From Chloroflexota bacterium (lineage in GTDB: Bacteria; Chloroflexota; UBA4733), in contig JBPCLN010000166.1 of assembly GCA_051003235.1 (NCBI GenBank), positions 27,635 to 91,634 of the forward strand: 64,000 bases of DNA, read 5' to 3'. The notes beneath the pieces are model-generated. The model saw only the letters and a list, made by a program, of their open reading frames with translations. It ran no database searches and was not told the DNA's origin. Below are positions 39,052 to 47,997 of the stretch, piece after piece (position 1 is the first letter of the stretch; the number at the start of each line of letters is the position of its first letter). Position numbers and translations under genes: made by a program.

Positions 39052-39488
39052 ATGGCCATGACTAGAGCGTACACACTCGCTGACCGGTTCGAGCTGCCGG
39101 AGGCCGGCGAGCAGCTCTTCGAGACTTTGGAAGGAAAACTGGTGGTCAATTCAGCACCGGACAATAATCACGCCGAGACTGTTGTTGTGCTGAATGTTTT
39201 GCTCTGGCGAGCCCGTCGGGCAGGCTACGGGCGGGGCTACTCGGCGCCGCGCGCCGTGGCGTTTGATTTCCCGACGAGGGGAATGCACGCGGAGAAGGTC
39301 ATGCATCCTGATATGGGGTGCCCTACTACTGGAACGTCGACCTCATCGCCCGCGCTGTCCAACAGTTTGAGCATCGTAAAGGGCGCTTGCGCGAACAGGC
39401 GCGGTTACGTCCGGGCGACGTGTTGAGGTGCCCGCCCTTCCCGGGGATCACGCTGGATGTCACCTTGCTCTTTATTGACGTTCGTTAG
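39052..39488 (+). pseudogene. Degenerate Uma2 (DUF820) endonuclease
   Basis: The N-terminal Uma2-like part is in one frame (ends about 39310). The C-terminal part, YYWNVDL...PGDVLRCPPFPGITLDVTLLF, is in another frame and ends at TAG 39486-39488. The catalytic core between them is missing or garbled. Confidence 0.6.
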
Positions 39489-39625
39489 TGCTCCAACCCG
39501 CAAGGTGTAAAACGTTACCGTCGCCGGGCAGTGACGTTCCGAATGGTATGCTCGCGTCTGCGGCGAGTCGTGACATGCCGTCAGGAAGATAGGCCGAACG
39601 GTCTCTGCGCACAAGGGGGGAACGC

Positions 39626-40345
39626 ATGGAACTCCAAGGGACAGTCGCGATGATCACGGGAGCATCGGCGGGCATCGGCCTGGCGACTGCCCAGCTCTTC
39701 GCCAAGCATGGCGCCCGCGTGGCCCTGGCCAGCCGCTCGACAGACGTGCTGACTCGTCTGGCCGGCGAGTTGCCCGACTCGATCGCCATCCCCACCGACA
39801 TGCGCGATGCGGCGTCGATCCAGCACATGGTGGCGGCGGTCCATGGGCACTACGGTCGCATCGATCTGCTGGTCAACAATGCCGGCCAGGGGATGTACGC
39901 GCCGGCGGAACAGGTCGATCTGGAACAAAACCGCCAGATCATGGAGTTGAACGTCTACGGTCCGCTCCTCGCGATGCAAGCCGTGATCCCGATCATGCGG
40001 GCGCAGGGCGGCGGCATGATCGTCAATATCAGCTCGAATGTCTCCAAAATGAACATCCCAGGTCTTGCTGCCTATGCTTCCACGAAATACGCCTTGAACG
40101 CCATCACCCTGACGGCGCGGGCTGAATTAGCGAACGACAACATTCGCGTGAGCGTGATGTACCCGCGCCTCACGGCGACGGATTTCGGCAAGAACGCCAT
40201 CACCAGCCAGGGTCGACGGCCCGGCGGACCCAGCGGCTCCCTACGCGCCGGTATGCCAACCCCCGACCCCGTCGAGAAGGTCGCAGCGAAGATTCTCGAG
40301 GCTGTGCAAACCGAAGTCGCCGAGCAAACCATGGACGGCGCGTAG
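39626..40345 (+). CDS. Short-chain dehydrogenase/reductase (SDR)
   Basis: TGASAGIG cofactor motif, NNAG and the catalytic YASTK are present. Confidence 0.9.
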   Translation: MELQGTVAMITGASAGIGLATAQLFAKHGARVALASRSTDVLTRLAGELPDSIAIPTDMRDAASIQHMVAAVHGHYGRIDLLVNNAGQGMYAPAEQVDLEQNRQIMELNVYGPLLAMQAVIPIMRAQGGGMIVNISSNVSKMNIPGLAAYASTKYALNAITLTARAELANDNIRVSVMYPRLTATDFGKNAITSQGRRPGGPSGSLRAGMPTPDPVEKVAAKILEAVQTEVAEQTMDGA

Positions 40346-40433
40346 CGATGAGCCAGACACCTGCGACCAATGTAGCGCCCCGCACTGTTCGGTGTTAGCC
40401 TTGACCTAGCGGCTGGCCCAGGAAAGGGCAACG

Positions 40434-40643
40434 GTGAACACGCCAGGTATTCGGTGGTCCAGTGTGATCCCCGGCCTCGTCTGCGTGCTTTTGGGCGTCG
40501 TGTGGGCGCTGCAAGGGGCAGGTCTGATCGGTGGCAGCTTCATGACTCGGCAAACGCTCTGGATCTGGGTCGGCACGGCGCTCGCCGTTGTCGGTCTCTT
40601 GCTCGTCGACCGAGGACTGCCGCGCTCGGCGAAGCAGGCGTAG
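40434..40643 (+). CDS. Small two-TM membrane protein (hypothetical)
   Basis: The 69-aa ORF has two clear hydrophobic helices. GTG start follows AGGAAAGGG. There is no homology evidence. Confidence 0.4.
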   Translation: MNTPGIRWSSVIPGLVCVLLGVVWALQGAGLIGGSFMTRQTLWIWVGTALAVVGLLLVDRGLPRSAKQA

Positions 40644-40687
40644 CGCCCTGGAGGCGTCACAACGATAGCGAAGGAAGGAACCACGTT

Positions 40688-42202
40688 ATGATTTGTCACG
40701 CTACGTCGAGTTGGCCCGGTTCAGTCTCGCGCCGCGAGGCGCTGCGGCGTGCCGGCGTCGTTGCTCTCGGCTTATCCGCCTCGTCCTTGCTCGCCGCCTG
40801 CGGCGCTAATTCAGGTAACACCTCGGCTGCAGCGTCAACCGGCGTCGCCACGACGACCGCCAGCGTCGCCGTACCAAGTACCGCGGTGACGACCAGCAGC
40901 GCCGCACCGGCTACCGCATCGAGTGCCGCTCCGAAGGCGGCCGCCGGCGGGAAAGCGACTGTGCAGTACTGGCATATGTGGAATACACCCTGGAAGGAAG
41001 TGATCGAGGGGCAGATCGTCCCTATGTTCAATCAGAGTTCCAGTTCAGTCGTGGTCCAACCGACACTGGTCGTGAGCGACACCAAGGGAAGTCCGGAAGA
41101 GAAGGTCATCACCAGCATCGCCGGTGGCACCCCTCCGGACATCATGACGGAGTGGAACAAGGTGCTCCCGACGTGGGCTGATAAGGGGGTGATCACCGCG
41201 CTGGAGACGTTGCTGACGCCGGCCGACCAGGCGCCGTTCAAGGAGTGGTTCTGGCCGATCGCCTACCAGATCGGGCAGTACCAGGGGCACCAATACGGCG
41301 CGCCCAGCACAATGAATAGCTGGGCGCTGGTCTGGAATATGCAGTTGTTCCAGCAGGCCGGTCTCGATCCCGAACAGGGACCAAAGGATCTCCAGACGCT
41401 GGACAGTTTCGCCGAGAAGCTGTTCAAGCAGGGATCGGACAACAACTACACCCAGATCGGCTTCATGCCCGGCGATCTCTGGCAGTTTAGTGACGTATTC
41501 GGCGGCGACTTTTACGATGACACGACCCAGAAGATCACGATCAACGGTGATAAGAACCTCTCGGCGCTGAACTGGATCGTGGGCTATGACAAGCGCTACC
41601 CGGCGGCGCAACTTGCCAACTTGAACAAGATCAACGGGGCGTCCAGCGCCGGCAAGATCTGGTCGCAACTGACCAACACGATAGGTATGAGCGTGGATGG
41701 ACAGTGGCGCGTCATCGACGCCGCACGGGATGTCGCGAAGGGCTTTTCCTATGGCGTGGTCCCGCTTCCCTTTCCGCCGGGCGGCCGCTCCTCCGCCTCC
41801 TGGATCAATGGCAACTATCAGGTCATCTTCAAGGAAGCCAAGCAACAACGGCCGGCGATGGACTTCCTGAAGTTCTGGAGTGGTTTCGGCAGCCCCGCCC
41901 AGATGGCCACCATTTGCACGTTCGGCGGTTGGATTCCGTGCTCGCCCAAAGTCATCCCCGAGCAACCATTCCAGGACTACCTCAAGAAGTTCCCAGCGTT
42001 CAAGGTGTGGACGGATATCTATCAGAGTCCGAATACGCGGATCACGCCGGTCATCGGCATTCAACAGGAATTCTCGAAGTATGTCGACGACGCGCAGAAT
42101 GCGGCGAAAGCGCTGAAGGCGGAGCCGCAAGCAGCGCTGGCCAACGCCCAACAGCAGGCCGAGGCACGGATGCAACAGTATCAGGCAAGCCTGAAGACGT
42201 AG
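40688..42202 (+). CDS. Extracellular solute-binding lipoprotein (family 1 SBP), orphan
   Basis: It has a Tat-like SRREALRRAGVV, lipobox LLAACG, an S/T/A tether and an SBP body. ATG 40688 follows GGAAGGAA. The ORF-track start at 40454 is upstream junk. Confidence 0.8.
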   Translation: MICHATSSWPGSVSRREALRRAGVVALGLSASSLLAACGANSGNTSAAASTGVATTTASVAVPSTAVTTSSAAPATASSAAPKAAAGGKATVQYWHMWNTPWKEVIEGQIVPMFNQSSSSVVVQPTLVVSDTKGSPEEKVITSIAGGTPPDIMTEWNKVLPTWADKGVITALETLLTPADQAPFKEWFWPIAYQIGQYQGHQYGAPSTMNSWALVWNMQLFQQAGLDPEQGPKDLQTLDSFAEKLFKQGSDNNYTQIGFMPGDLWQFSDVFGGDFYDDTTQKITINGDKNLSALNWIVGYDKRYPAAQLANLNKINGASSAGKIWSQLTNTIGMSVDGQWRVIDAARDVAKGFSYGVVPLPFPPGGRSSASWINGNYQVIFKEAKQQRPAMDFLKFWSGFGSPAQMATICTFGGWIPCSPKVIPEQPFQDYLKKFPAFKVWTDIYQSPNTRITPVIGIQQEFSKYVDDAQNAAKALKAEPQAALANAQQQAEARMQQYQASLKT

Positions 42203-42211
42203 GCCGACGGC

Positions 42212-43582
42212 ATGAGCGTTGCGACTCGCCGCCGCGACGTGGCTGCATCAACAGCGCCGGCTACGACCAGCGCCAGGCTATTCGATGGCGCTCTCGCCTT
42301 GCTCCTTTCCATGTTGACCTTTGCTGTCTACCGCTGGACTGCCGGGCCGGGCCTCGCCCACCAGTCGGCGCAGCCCCACTTCGTCCTGCTGGCGTCCGCC
42401 ATACTGCACGGGCATCTCTGGCTTGATCCTCTCCGTGCCGCCCACCTGGGCGACATTACCCCGTACGCCGGCCGCTACTACGTGTCCTTCCCACCCATGC
42501 CTGCCCTTTTACTACTGCCCTTCGTGGCAATCGCCGGCCCAACGTTCAACGACACATTGTTTAGCGTTGCTCTCGGAGCGCTGGACGTCGGTCTTTGTTA
42601 TCTCCTCATTCGTCGGCTCGGCGCTCCCGGCTTTGCCGGTCCAGGTATAACGGTAGGGCGGACGGCGGCGATTGTTGTCGCCCTGACACTCGGCCTTGGC
42701 ACGGTCTTGTTCTATTCCGCTGTCACGGCAACCGTTTGGTATCTGGCGCATGTCGTCGCCGTGACTTTCCTACTACTGTACCTGTGCGAATGTGCCGGAC
42801 GGGGCCGGCCACTCGTCGCCGGCCTGGCGCTGGCGGCAGCCTTCCTGGCGCGCACGCCGGCCGTTTTTGGGCTGATCTTCTGGTGCCTACTGGCCCTCCG
42901 CGACGCCCCAACGCGCGCCCGTCTGGTCGCATTGCTCCCGCGCTTCGCCGCTCCCTTGGCCGTGGCGGCCGCCTTCCTCCTCTGGCAGAATCAGGTGCGC
43001 TTCGGTTCGCCCTTCGATTTCGGCTATTTCAAAATGCATATCGCCGGACAACTGGCGCCCCGGCTGAGTGCCCACGGCCAGTTCAGCCGCGCCTTCCTAC
43101 CGGATAACCTGAAGGCGCTCTTGCTGGACCCCCCGCACGTCAGCCTCCTCAATCTTCCGGTCTGGCTCACCATAATCGGCGGACCACCCGGCCTGCTCCA
43201 CATGTTCAGTTCACAGGTCGGCCGCAGCCTGCCCTTCCCGATCACCTTCGATCCCTGGGGTACGGGCCTCTGGGCGGTATCTCCCGTCTTGCTCTTTGCG
43301 CTCCGCCTGCCGCGCCAACCGAATGTACTGCTCTGGCTGGCCGCCTGGTTGAGCGCTGTCGCCGTCGCCATTCCCGACCTGCTGTACTACAACACCGGCT
43401 GGGGCCAGTATGGCTACCGCTTCCTGCTCGACTTCGCGCCGTTCCTCATGCTGCTCCTGGCCATGAGTCTGCGGCGTCCGCTCGCGCTATCGGCCCGAGT
43501 GCTGTTCGCCATTCTGCTCGCCATCTCCATCTTCAGCAACTACCTCGGCGCCCGCTGGTTCCTGCACCTACCGCCGTATTGA
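42212..43582 (+). CDS. Polytopic membrane protein, probable GT-C fold (ArnT/PMT-like) glycosyltransferase
   Basis: It has about 11-12 hydrophobic helices, with an architecture and size typical of GT39/GT83-like enzymes. The function is inferred from topology only. Confidence 0.55.
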   Translation: MSVATRRRDVAASTAPATTSARLFDGALALLLSMLTFAVYRWTAGPGLAHQSAQPHFVLLASAILHGHLWLDPLRAAHLGDITPYAGRYYVSFPPMPALLLLPFVAIAGPTFNDTLFSVALGALDVGLCYLLIRRLGAPGFAGPGITVGRTAAIVVALTLGLGTVLFYSAVTATVWYLAHVVAVTFLLLYLCECAGRGRPLVAGLALAAAFLARTPAVFGLIFWCLLALRDAPTRARLVALLPRFAAPLAVAAAFLLWQNQVRFGSPFDFGYFKMHIAGQLAPRLSAHGQFSRAFLPDNLKALLLDPPHVSLLNLPVWLTIIGGPPGLLHMFSSQVGRSLPFPITFDPWGTGLWAVSPVLLFALRLPRQPNVLLWLAAWLSAVAVAIPDLLYYNTGWGQYGYRFLLDFAPFLMLLLAMSLRRPLALSARVLFAILLAISIFSNYLGARWFLHLPPY

Positions 43583-43715
43583 GGAGACAAGGAGAGAGCG
43601 CCGTCACGGTCGCCCTTGGTCCTAGACCGCAGTTGCTGCACCGTTCCTGGCATCCTCTCGACCGCTACGCCCCTCTCGCGTCATACTGAAGAAGAGACGG
43701 TAACGACGAAGGGGA

Positions 43716-44297
43716 ATGACACGGATGGCCCAACAGAACGAGACGACGGACCAGGCAACTGCGGACCGGGTAACAGCAGACGAAGCAACCGCCCAAAACG
43801 GCACCGAAACGGCAGCGACAGTTGAGACGATTGACGGCCAGGCTGAAGATTATCGGACATTGCTACAGCGGGAACGCGCCGACTTCATCAATTACCGCCG
43901 GCGGGTGGAAGCGGAGCGAGCGACGCAGATCGGCCAAGCGCGCGCCGATGCTTTGATCCCGATCCTGCCTCTGCTGGACGACCTCGAGCGCGCCGCTGGT
44001 GAGGTACCGGAAGAGCTACGCGACCAGCCCTGGGTGAAGGGCGTGTTACTGATCACCGGGAAACTAGACTCTGCAATGCGCGCCGCCGGTCTGGAACAGA
44101 TCGACGCCCTCGGTCAGCCTTTCGATCCCTACCTCCACGAGGCATTTCTTCACCAGGCGCACCCATCAATTCCGGCCGGGCACGTGAGTATGGTGATGCG
44201 CCAGGGCTACCGCATGGGTGATCGCGTGGTCCGCGCAGCGCAAGTCGCGGTGTCGCAGGGAACAGGCGACGGAGAAGGCTTGGCCGAGGAGTCGTAA
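43716..44297 (+). CDS. grpE: Nucleotide exchange factor GrpE
   Basis: GrpE motifs are present: RERADFINYRRR, LLPLLDDLERA, FDPYLHEA, GYRMGDRVVRAAQV. An alternative ATG lies at 43725. No dnaK or dnaJ is adjacent. Confidence 0.9.
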   Translation: MTRMAQQNETTDQATADRVTADEATAQNGTETAATVETIDGQAEDYRTLLQRERADFINYRRRVEAERATQIGQARADALIPILPLLDDLERAAGEVPEELRDQPWVKGVLLITGKLDSAMRAAGLEQIDALGQPFDPYLHEAFLHQAHPSIPAGHVSMVMRQGYRMGDRVVRAAQVAVSQGTGDGEGLAEES

Positions 44298-44298
44298 A

Positions 44299-45387
44299 TT
44301 ACAAGCCAGTAAGGCGCTCGACCTGCTGGTTCCAGGCCACCTTCATGTACGTTGGCACGTCCGAGGTCGAGAACAGGCCAATCACGACGCGCGTGAAGCG
44401 ATCTCGGCCAGCCCCTCCCATCGTGCCCAACAGCATGAGTATCCACTGTTCAATAACGAGAAAGTTGACTTCGTGCCCTTGTGCAAAGTACCGCTGCGCT
44501 TGATGCCTTGCTTCCGCTTGCACGGCATCAGGCCTGATGAAGAAGAGATAATCTTCGGTGCCCGCCGGTAGGATTTTGGCCTGAAACGTCGTCACGACAC
44601 GAGATTGATCGACGACCCGCTCCGTGACCTCCGCCGCCAACACGACCTTTTCGCCGGCACGGATTGTTATGTCACCGCCTACACCGGACGCCGCATCGGC
44701 GACGTTAATGCCCTGGTGATCAATGGTCCAACCGAGCTGGAAAACGTCATTGAGGGTGGTAAATGCAGCTACGACAAACAGCAGAGGGAATCTCCCCCCA
44801 CTTGGGCTCGCTAGAAGCCTCGACAGGAGCGTGTCGTACTGCTCCAAACTGATGCGGCCTGGCTGAGCAAGCGGTACTGAGGCTTCCTCCCGAAGCTTCC
44901 CAAACCGATATAAATAGAAGCGAAGCAGTTGCTGTAAATCATCTTTACTTGCACTTTCGACGTATTCTAGCACACGAAGAAGCGCGTCGTAGCCCAATTT
45001 ATCACGCAGTCCCTCGCGTGTGCTCGGAACAAACTGGACCGACCGGCGAAACACACTGAGATACGGCCCACCGGACGACGGAACGCGCGAGGCTTTCAAC
45101 ATTCGGTTTACTACCTGCTCATCGAGCGTCCGTCCATTAAAGGCATCATCGCCCTGGTTTGCATACGGCTTCCGGACGTTGACCAATGGAGCGAGCGTCT
45201 TCGCAACAATACAGCCAAGCAGCACTTCTCGATAGGCCTGAGTGTTGGAGCGAAAGACCTCATCGCAGGCTGTGGCCATGGCCGGATCAATCGGTGGCAC
45301 GGTTCCGTTGGCGATATGCTGTTCCGCGCTCAAGAAGACGTTGTTGAGCAAGTCGCGGGCTTGCTGGTAGTCGATGGTTATCGGCAT
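44299..45387 (-). CDS. Uncharacterised 362-aa protein partnered with a Dam-family methyltransferase; candidate restriction endonuclease
   Basis: It sits immediately downstream of, and overlaps, the methyltransferase gene on the same strand. GC is lower than the flanks. A possible PD-(D/E)xK-like segment is GDITIRAGEKVVLAAEVTERVVD. I recognise no family with certainty. Confidence 0.5.
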   Translation of the reverse strand: MPITIDYQQARDLLNNVFLSAEQHIANGTVPPIDPAMATACDEVFRSNTQAYREVLLGCIVAKTLAPLVNVRKPYANQGDDAFNGRTLDEQVVNRMLKASRVPSSGGPYLSVFRRSVQFVPSTREGLRDKLGYDALLRVLEYVESASKDDLQQLLRFYLYRFGKLREEASVPLAQPGRISLEQYDTLLSRLLASPSGGRFPLLFVVAAFTTLNDVFQLGWTIDHQGINVADAASGVGGDITIRAGEKVVLAAEVTERVVDQSRVVTTFQAKILPAGTEDYLFFIRPDAVQAEARHQAQRYFAQGHEVNFLVIEQWILMLLGTMGGAGRDRFTRVVIGLFSTSDVPTYMKVAWNQQVERLTGL

Positions 45388-46294
45388 CGAAATTCATCCA
45401 CAGTGCTTCTTGCCGTTCCGTCTTGACGGAGTGACACAATTTAGCGGGGGCATCTTCTCGCCTCCAGCCGGCGTAGAGGTTGTCCAGAAGAACACAGCGG
45501 TACCCTGATAATGCCACTTTGCCCTGGCAACGGCGAAGTGCCTCCGCGAGATCAGCGTGCGCTGCATCATCCATTTCATATTCATACGCCCGGCTATCGC
45601 CCCGGCTCCCGTGTGGGTACGGGGGATCGCAATAGAACAGGGTCTGCGGGCTATCGTACAGTTTGATCACATCGAGGGCCGGTCGATTTTCAATTTGGAC
45701 GCGCAGCAGCCGCAGAGCCACCTCGGGCAATCCCTCTACGCTCCCCAGCCAGCGCGACACGACACCGGACATGCCACTGCGAGATGTGTTCTTGCAGTTT
45801 GCCCAACGTCCAAGAGTGGCGGTCTGGGCCAATCCGGTCCGTGTTTGGCGTGCGCGCACAAAGAACCGTCGGGCCCGCTCCAGATCGGACAGCCCATCCT
45901 GATCAACCGTCAAAGCCTGGGAGAATTCCTCACGTGAAAACGGGGTGAGACCAATCGCCTCAATCAGCGTGTCCTTCTGGTCCCGTAGCACGCGAAAGAA
46001 ATTAGCGACTTCGCCATCAAGGTCGTTGTACGTTTCAACCGGAGCGGGCGGGCGATTAATAAGCACAGCCGCCGAGCCGGCAAATGGTTCGCAGTAGTGG
46101 TGGCCTTCCGGCAACAATGGCAGTAGCCAATCCAGGTGCGAGTACTTCCCGCCGTACCAGCCAAAGGCAATGGCTTTGCTTCCCCGGCGACGAACGAGCG
46201 GATCAACTGATCGTCCGCGACGCTTGGGAGCTGTCAGGAACGAGTCATCCCGAACCACGTCATCTTCCGAGTCGACTATTGGCGTGACTCGCAC
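45287..46294 (-). CDS. Dam-family (D12 class) N6-adenine DNA methyltransferase
   Basis: WYGGKYSHLDWL, the SAM motif EPFAGSAAV and the catalytic DPPYPH are present. GTG 46294 follows GGGAGGGG. The ORF-track N-terminal extension to 46576 is Arg-rich junk. Confidence 0.85.
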   Translation of the reverse strand: MRVTPIVDSEDDVVRDDSFLTAPKRRGRSVDPLVRRRGSKAIAFGWYGGKYSHLDWLLPLLPEGHHYCEPFAGSAAVLINRPPAPVETYNDLDGEVANFFRVLRDQKDTLIEAIGLTPFSREEFSQALTVDQDGLSDLERARRFFVRARQTRTGLAQTATLGRWANCKNTSRSGMSGVVSRWLGSVEGLPEVALRLLRVQIENRPALDVIKLYDSPQTLFYCDPPYPHGSRGDSRAYEYEMDDAAHADLAEALRRCQGKVALSGYRCVLLDNLYAGWRREDAPAKLCHSVKTERQEALWMNFDADNHRLPASPRLAQQRLLERGTAYRQRNRATD

Positions 46295-46509
46295 GGCGAA
46301 CCCCTCCCTGCCTATTGTCGTATCATGCCACACTGCCAGGCCGGTCTGTGCTACGGGGGCAGAACACCTTCTCGCGCCGGTCTGGCAGGCGATGGCCCCG
46401 GGTGGTTCACCACGTTGGGCACGGGCACGCGCCGTTCGTCGTGACGCGCGGCGCGCGGTACACTGCACGAAGGAATCGCCAGCCAATCGCGACAAACGGA
46501 GACCGGTGC

Positions 46510-47958
46510 ATGCCGGTGACCACCGGACTTGCTCACCGCGCCTGCTCGCGCCGTGCACTGCTGCGAGTTGCAGCACTCACAACGGCAGTCCTGGCGCTCG
46601 GTGGCTGCACGCTTTCAATTCCCGGACGCGGAAGCGGGCCGGCGCGCGCTCCGGTCGCCTTACACCTCTATTACGGCCCTTTTTCTACGGTGGGTTCCAG
46701 CACGCCGCCGGAGGCGACGCTGCTGGCGACTATCCTTGATCAGTTTCACCAGCACAACCCCAGTATCAGCGTCACCGCCACGTCCCTGGATGGCCTGGAT
46801 GGCGGCAGCCTGGCCCAACTGTTCAACCCCTTTTCGTCCGACCACGGTGACCTCTTCCTCAGCCTCGCCACGCTGCCTTCAATGGCCATCGACCAGGTGC
46901 CCGTCTCCCTCACCAACGTCATCACGCCGGTCGACCAGTACCTGAAGCGCGACCGTGCAGTAACGGCCGCCGCCTTCTATCCAGCGGCCATCGAGCGTTC
47001 CACCATCGACGGACACGTCATCGGTCTGCCCCGTGATATCCAGCCGGAGCAAGTCGTGCTCTTCAACCGCACGCTGCTCCAGCAAGCAGGGCTGCCCTCG
47101 CCGGCCGATGGCTGGTCGCTGGACGATTTTGTGCGTTTGACCCAGGAAATCGTCCGTGCAAGTGCCGTCCGGCAGCCACCGGCAACGCGCTACGGCTATG
47201 TGGACGAATCGGCGGAAACCAGCTTCTACGACTTCATATACCTTGCCGGCGGCCGGCGGACCACGCTGCCGCCGGCCCCGCCGCGTATCACCCTGGATGC
47301 TACACCGGCGATCTCCGGCGCACAAGCGTATGTCGATCTGTACATGCGCTATCAGGTGGCGGCATCGCCGTCGGAACGCGGCGGCTTGTACGAGGGCGAC
47401 CCGCTGATCGACTTCATGCTCGGTCACGTGCCATTGTTCGTGTCCCCCGTCTCCGCGCTCAGCACGTTGCATAGCATGCAGCGGCCCCTGGATTGGGACC
47501 TCACCATGTTGCCGGTGGCATTGGGGGTGAAAGAAGCCTGGTATGGCGCCGGCGCTGCCGTCTACCTGGCGCGCATCTCCCGCCATCTGGACGAAGCGTG
47601 GACGCTCACGAAGGACCTGTGCGCCGGCCCCGGTATGACTCAACGCGCCCAGACCGGCGACGTTCACCCGGCGGTGAAGGCCGTCGCCGAGAGTAGCGCT
47701 TACCTTGGCAGCGGCGGCCCGGCCGGCCGCCATCTCTTCAATAGCATCGGCATGGAGCACCTGATCCCGGTGGATCCCGCCGTATCCCTGGCTCGCTTGG
47801 GTCTCACCGGAGGCCAGTTGGGCCCGCACCAGCCCCATTATCCAGCGGCGGCCGCGGTCATCCACGCCGCCCTGGACGACATGCTGGCCGGAACGCAGCA
47901 GGTCGCGACGGTGTTACGCCAGGCGACGCAGGCCGGCAATATCGGGCTGCCGTCCTGA
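46510..47958 (+). CDS. Extracellular solute-binding lipoprotein (family 1 SBP), orphan
   Basis: It has a Tat-like SRRALLRV, lipobox LALGGC and an SBP body. ATG 46510 is in frame within the longer ORF. Confidence 0.8.
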   Translation: MPVTTGLAHRACSRRALLRVAALTTAVLALGGCTLSIPGRGSGPARAPVALHLYYGPFSTVGSSTPPEATLLATILDQFHQHNPSISVTATSLDGLDGGSLAQLFNPFSSDHGDLFLSLATLPSMAIDQVPVSLTNVITPVDQYLKRDRAVTAAAFYPAAIERSTIDGHVIGLPRDIQPEQVVLFNRTLLQQAGLPSPADGWSLDDFVRLTQEIVRASAVRQPPATRYGYVDESAETSFYDFIYLAGGRRTTLPPAPPRITLDATPAISGAQAYVDLYMRYQVAASPSERGGLYEGDPLIDFMLGHVPLFVSPVSALSTLHSMQRPLDWDLTMLPVALGVKEAWYGAGAAVYLARISRHLDEAWTLTKDLCAGPGMTQRAQTGDVHPAVKAVAESSAYLGSGGPAGRHLFNSIGMEHLIPVDPAVSLARLGLTGGQLGPHQPHYPAAAAVIHAALDDMLAGTQQVATVLRQATQAGNIGLPS

Positions 47959-47997
47959 ACAGTGCGGCCGATGTATGACCGGTCCGCGACCGTGCGG

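Noticed and set aside
43583-43715. Search for a CIRCE or HAIR heat-shock operator upstream of grpE
   Set aside because: No TTAGCACTC-N9-GAGTGCTAA-like or other convincing inverted repeat is present in the 130-nt upstream region.
45287-46576. N-terminal extension of the methyltransferase to 46576, and the SBP ORF start at 46315
   Set aside because: Both extensions are Arg-rich and non-homologous, and they overlap each other. Internal starts (GTG 46294 with GGGAGGGG; ATG 46510 before the Tat signal) fit the protein families.
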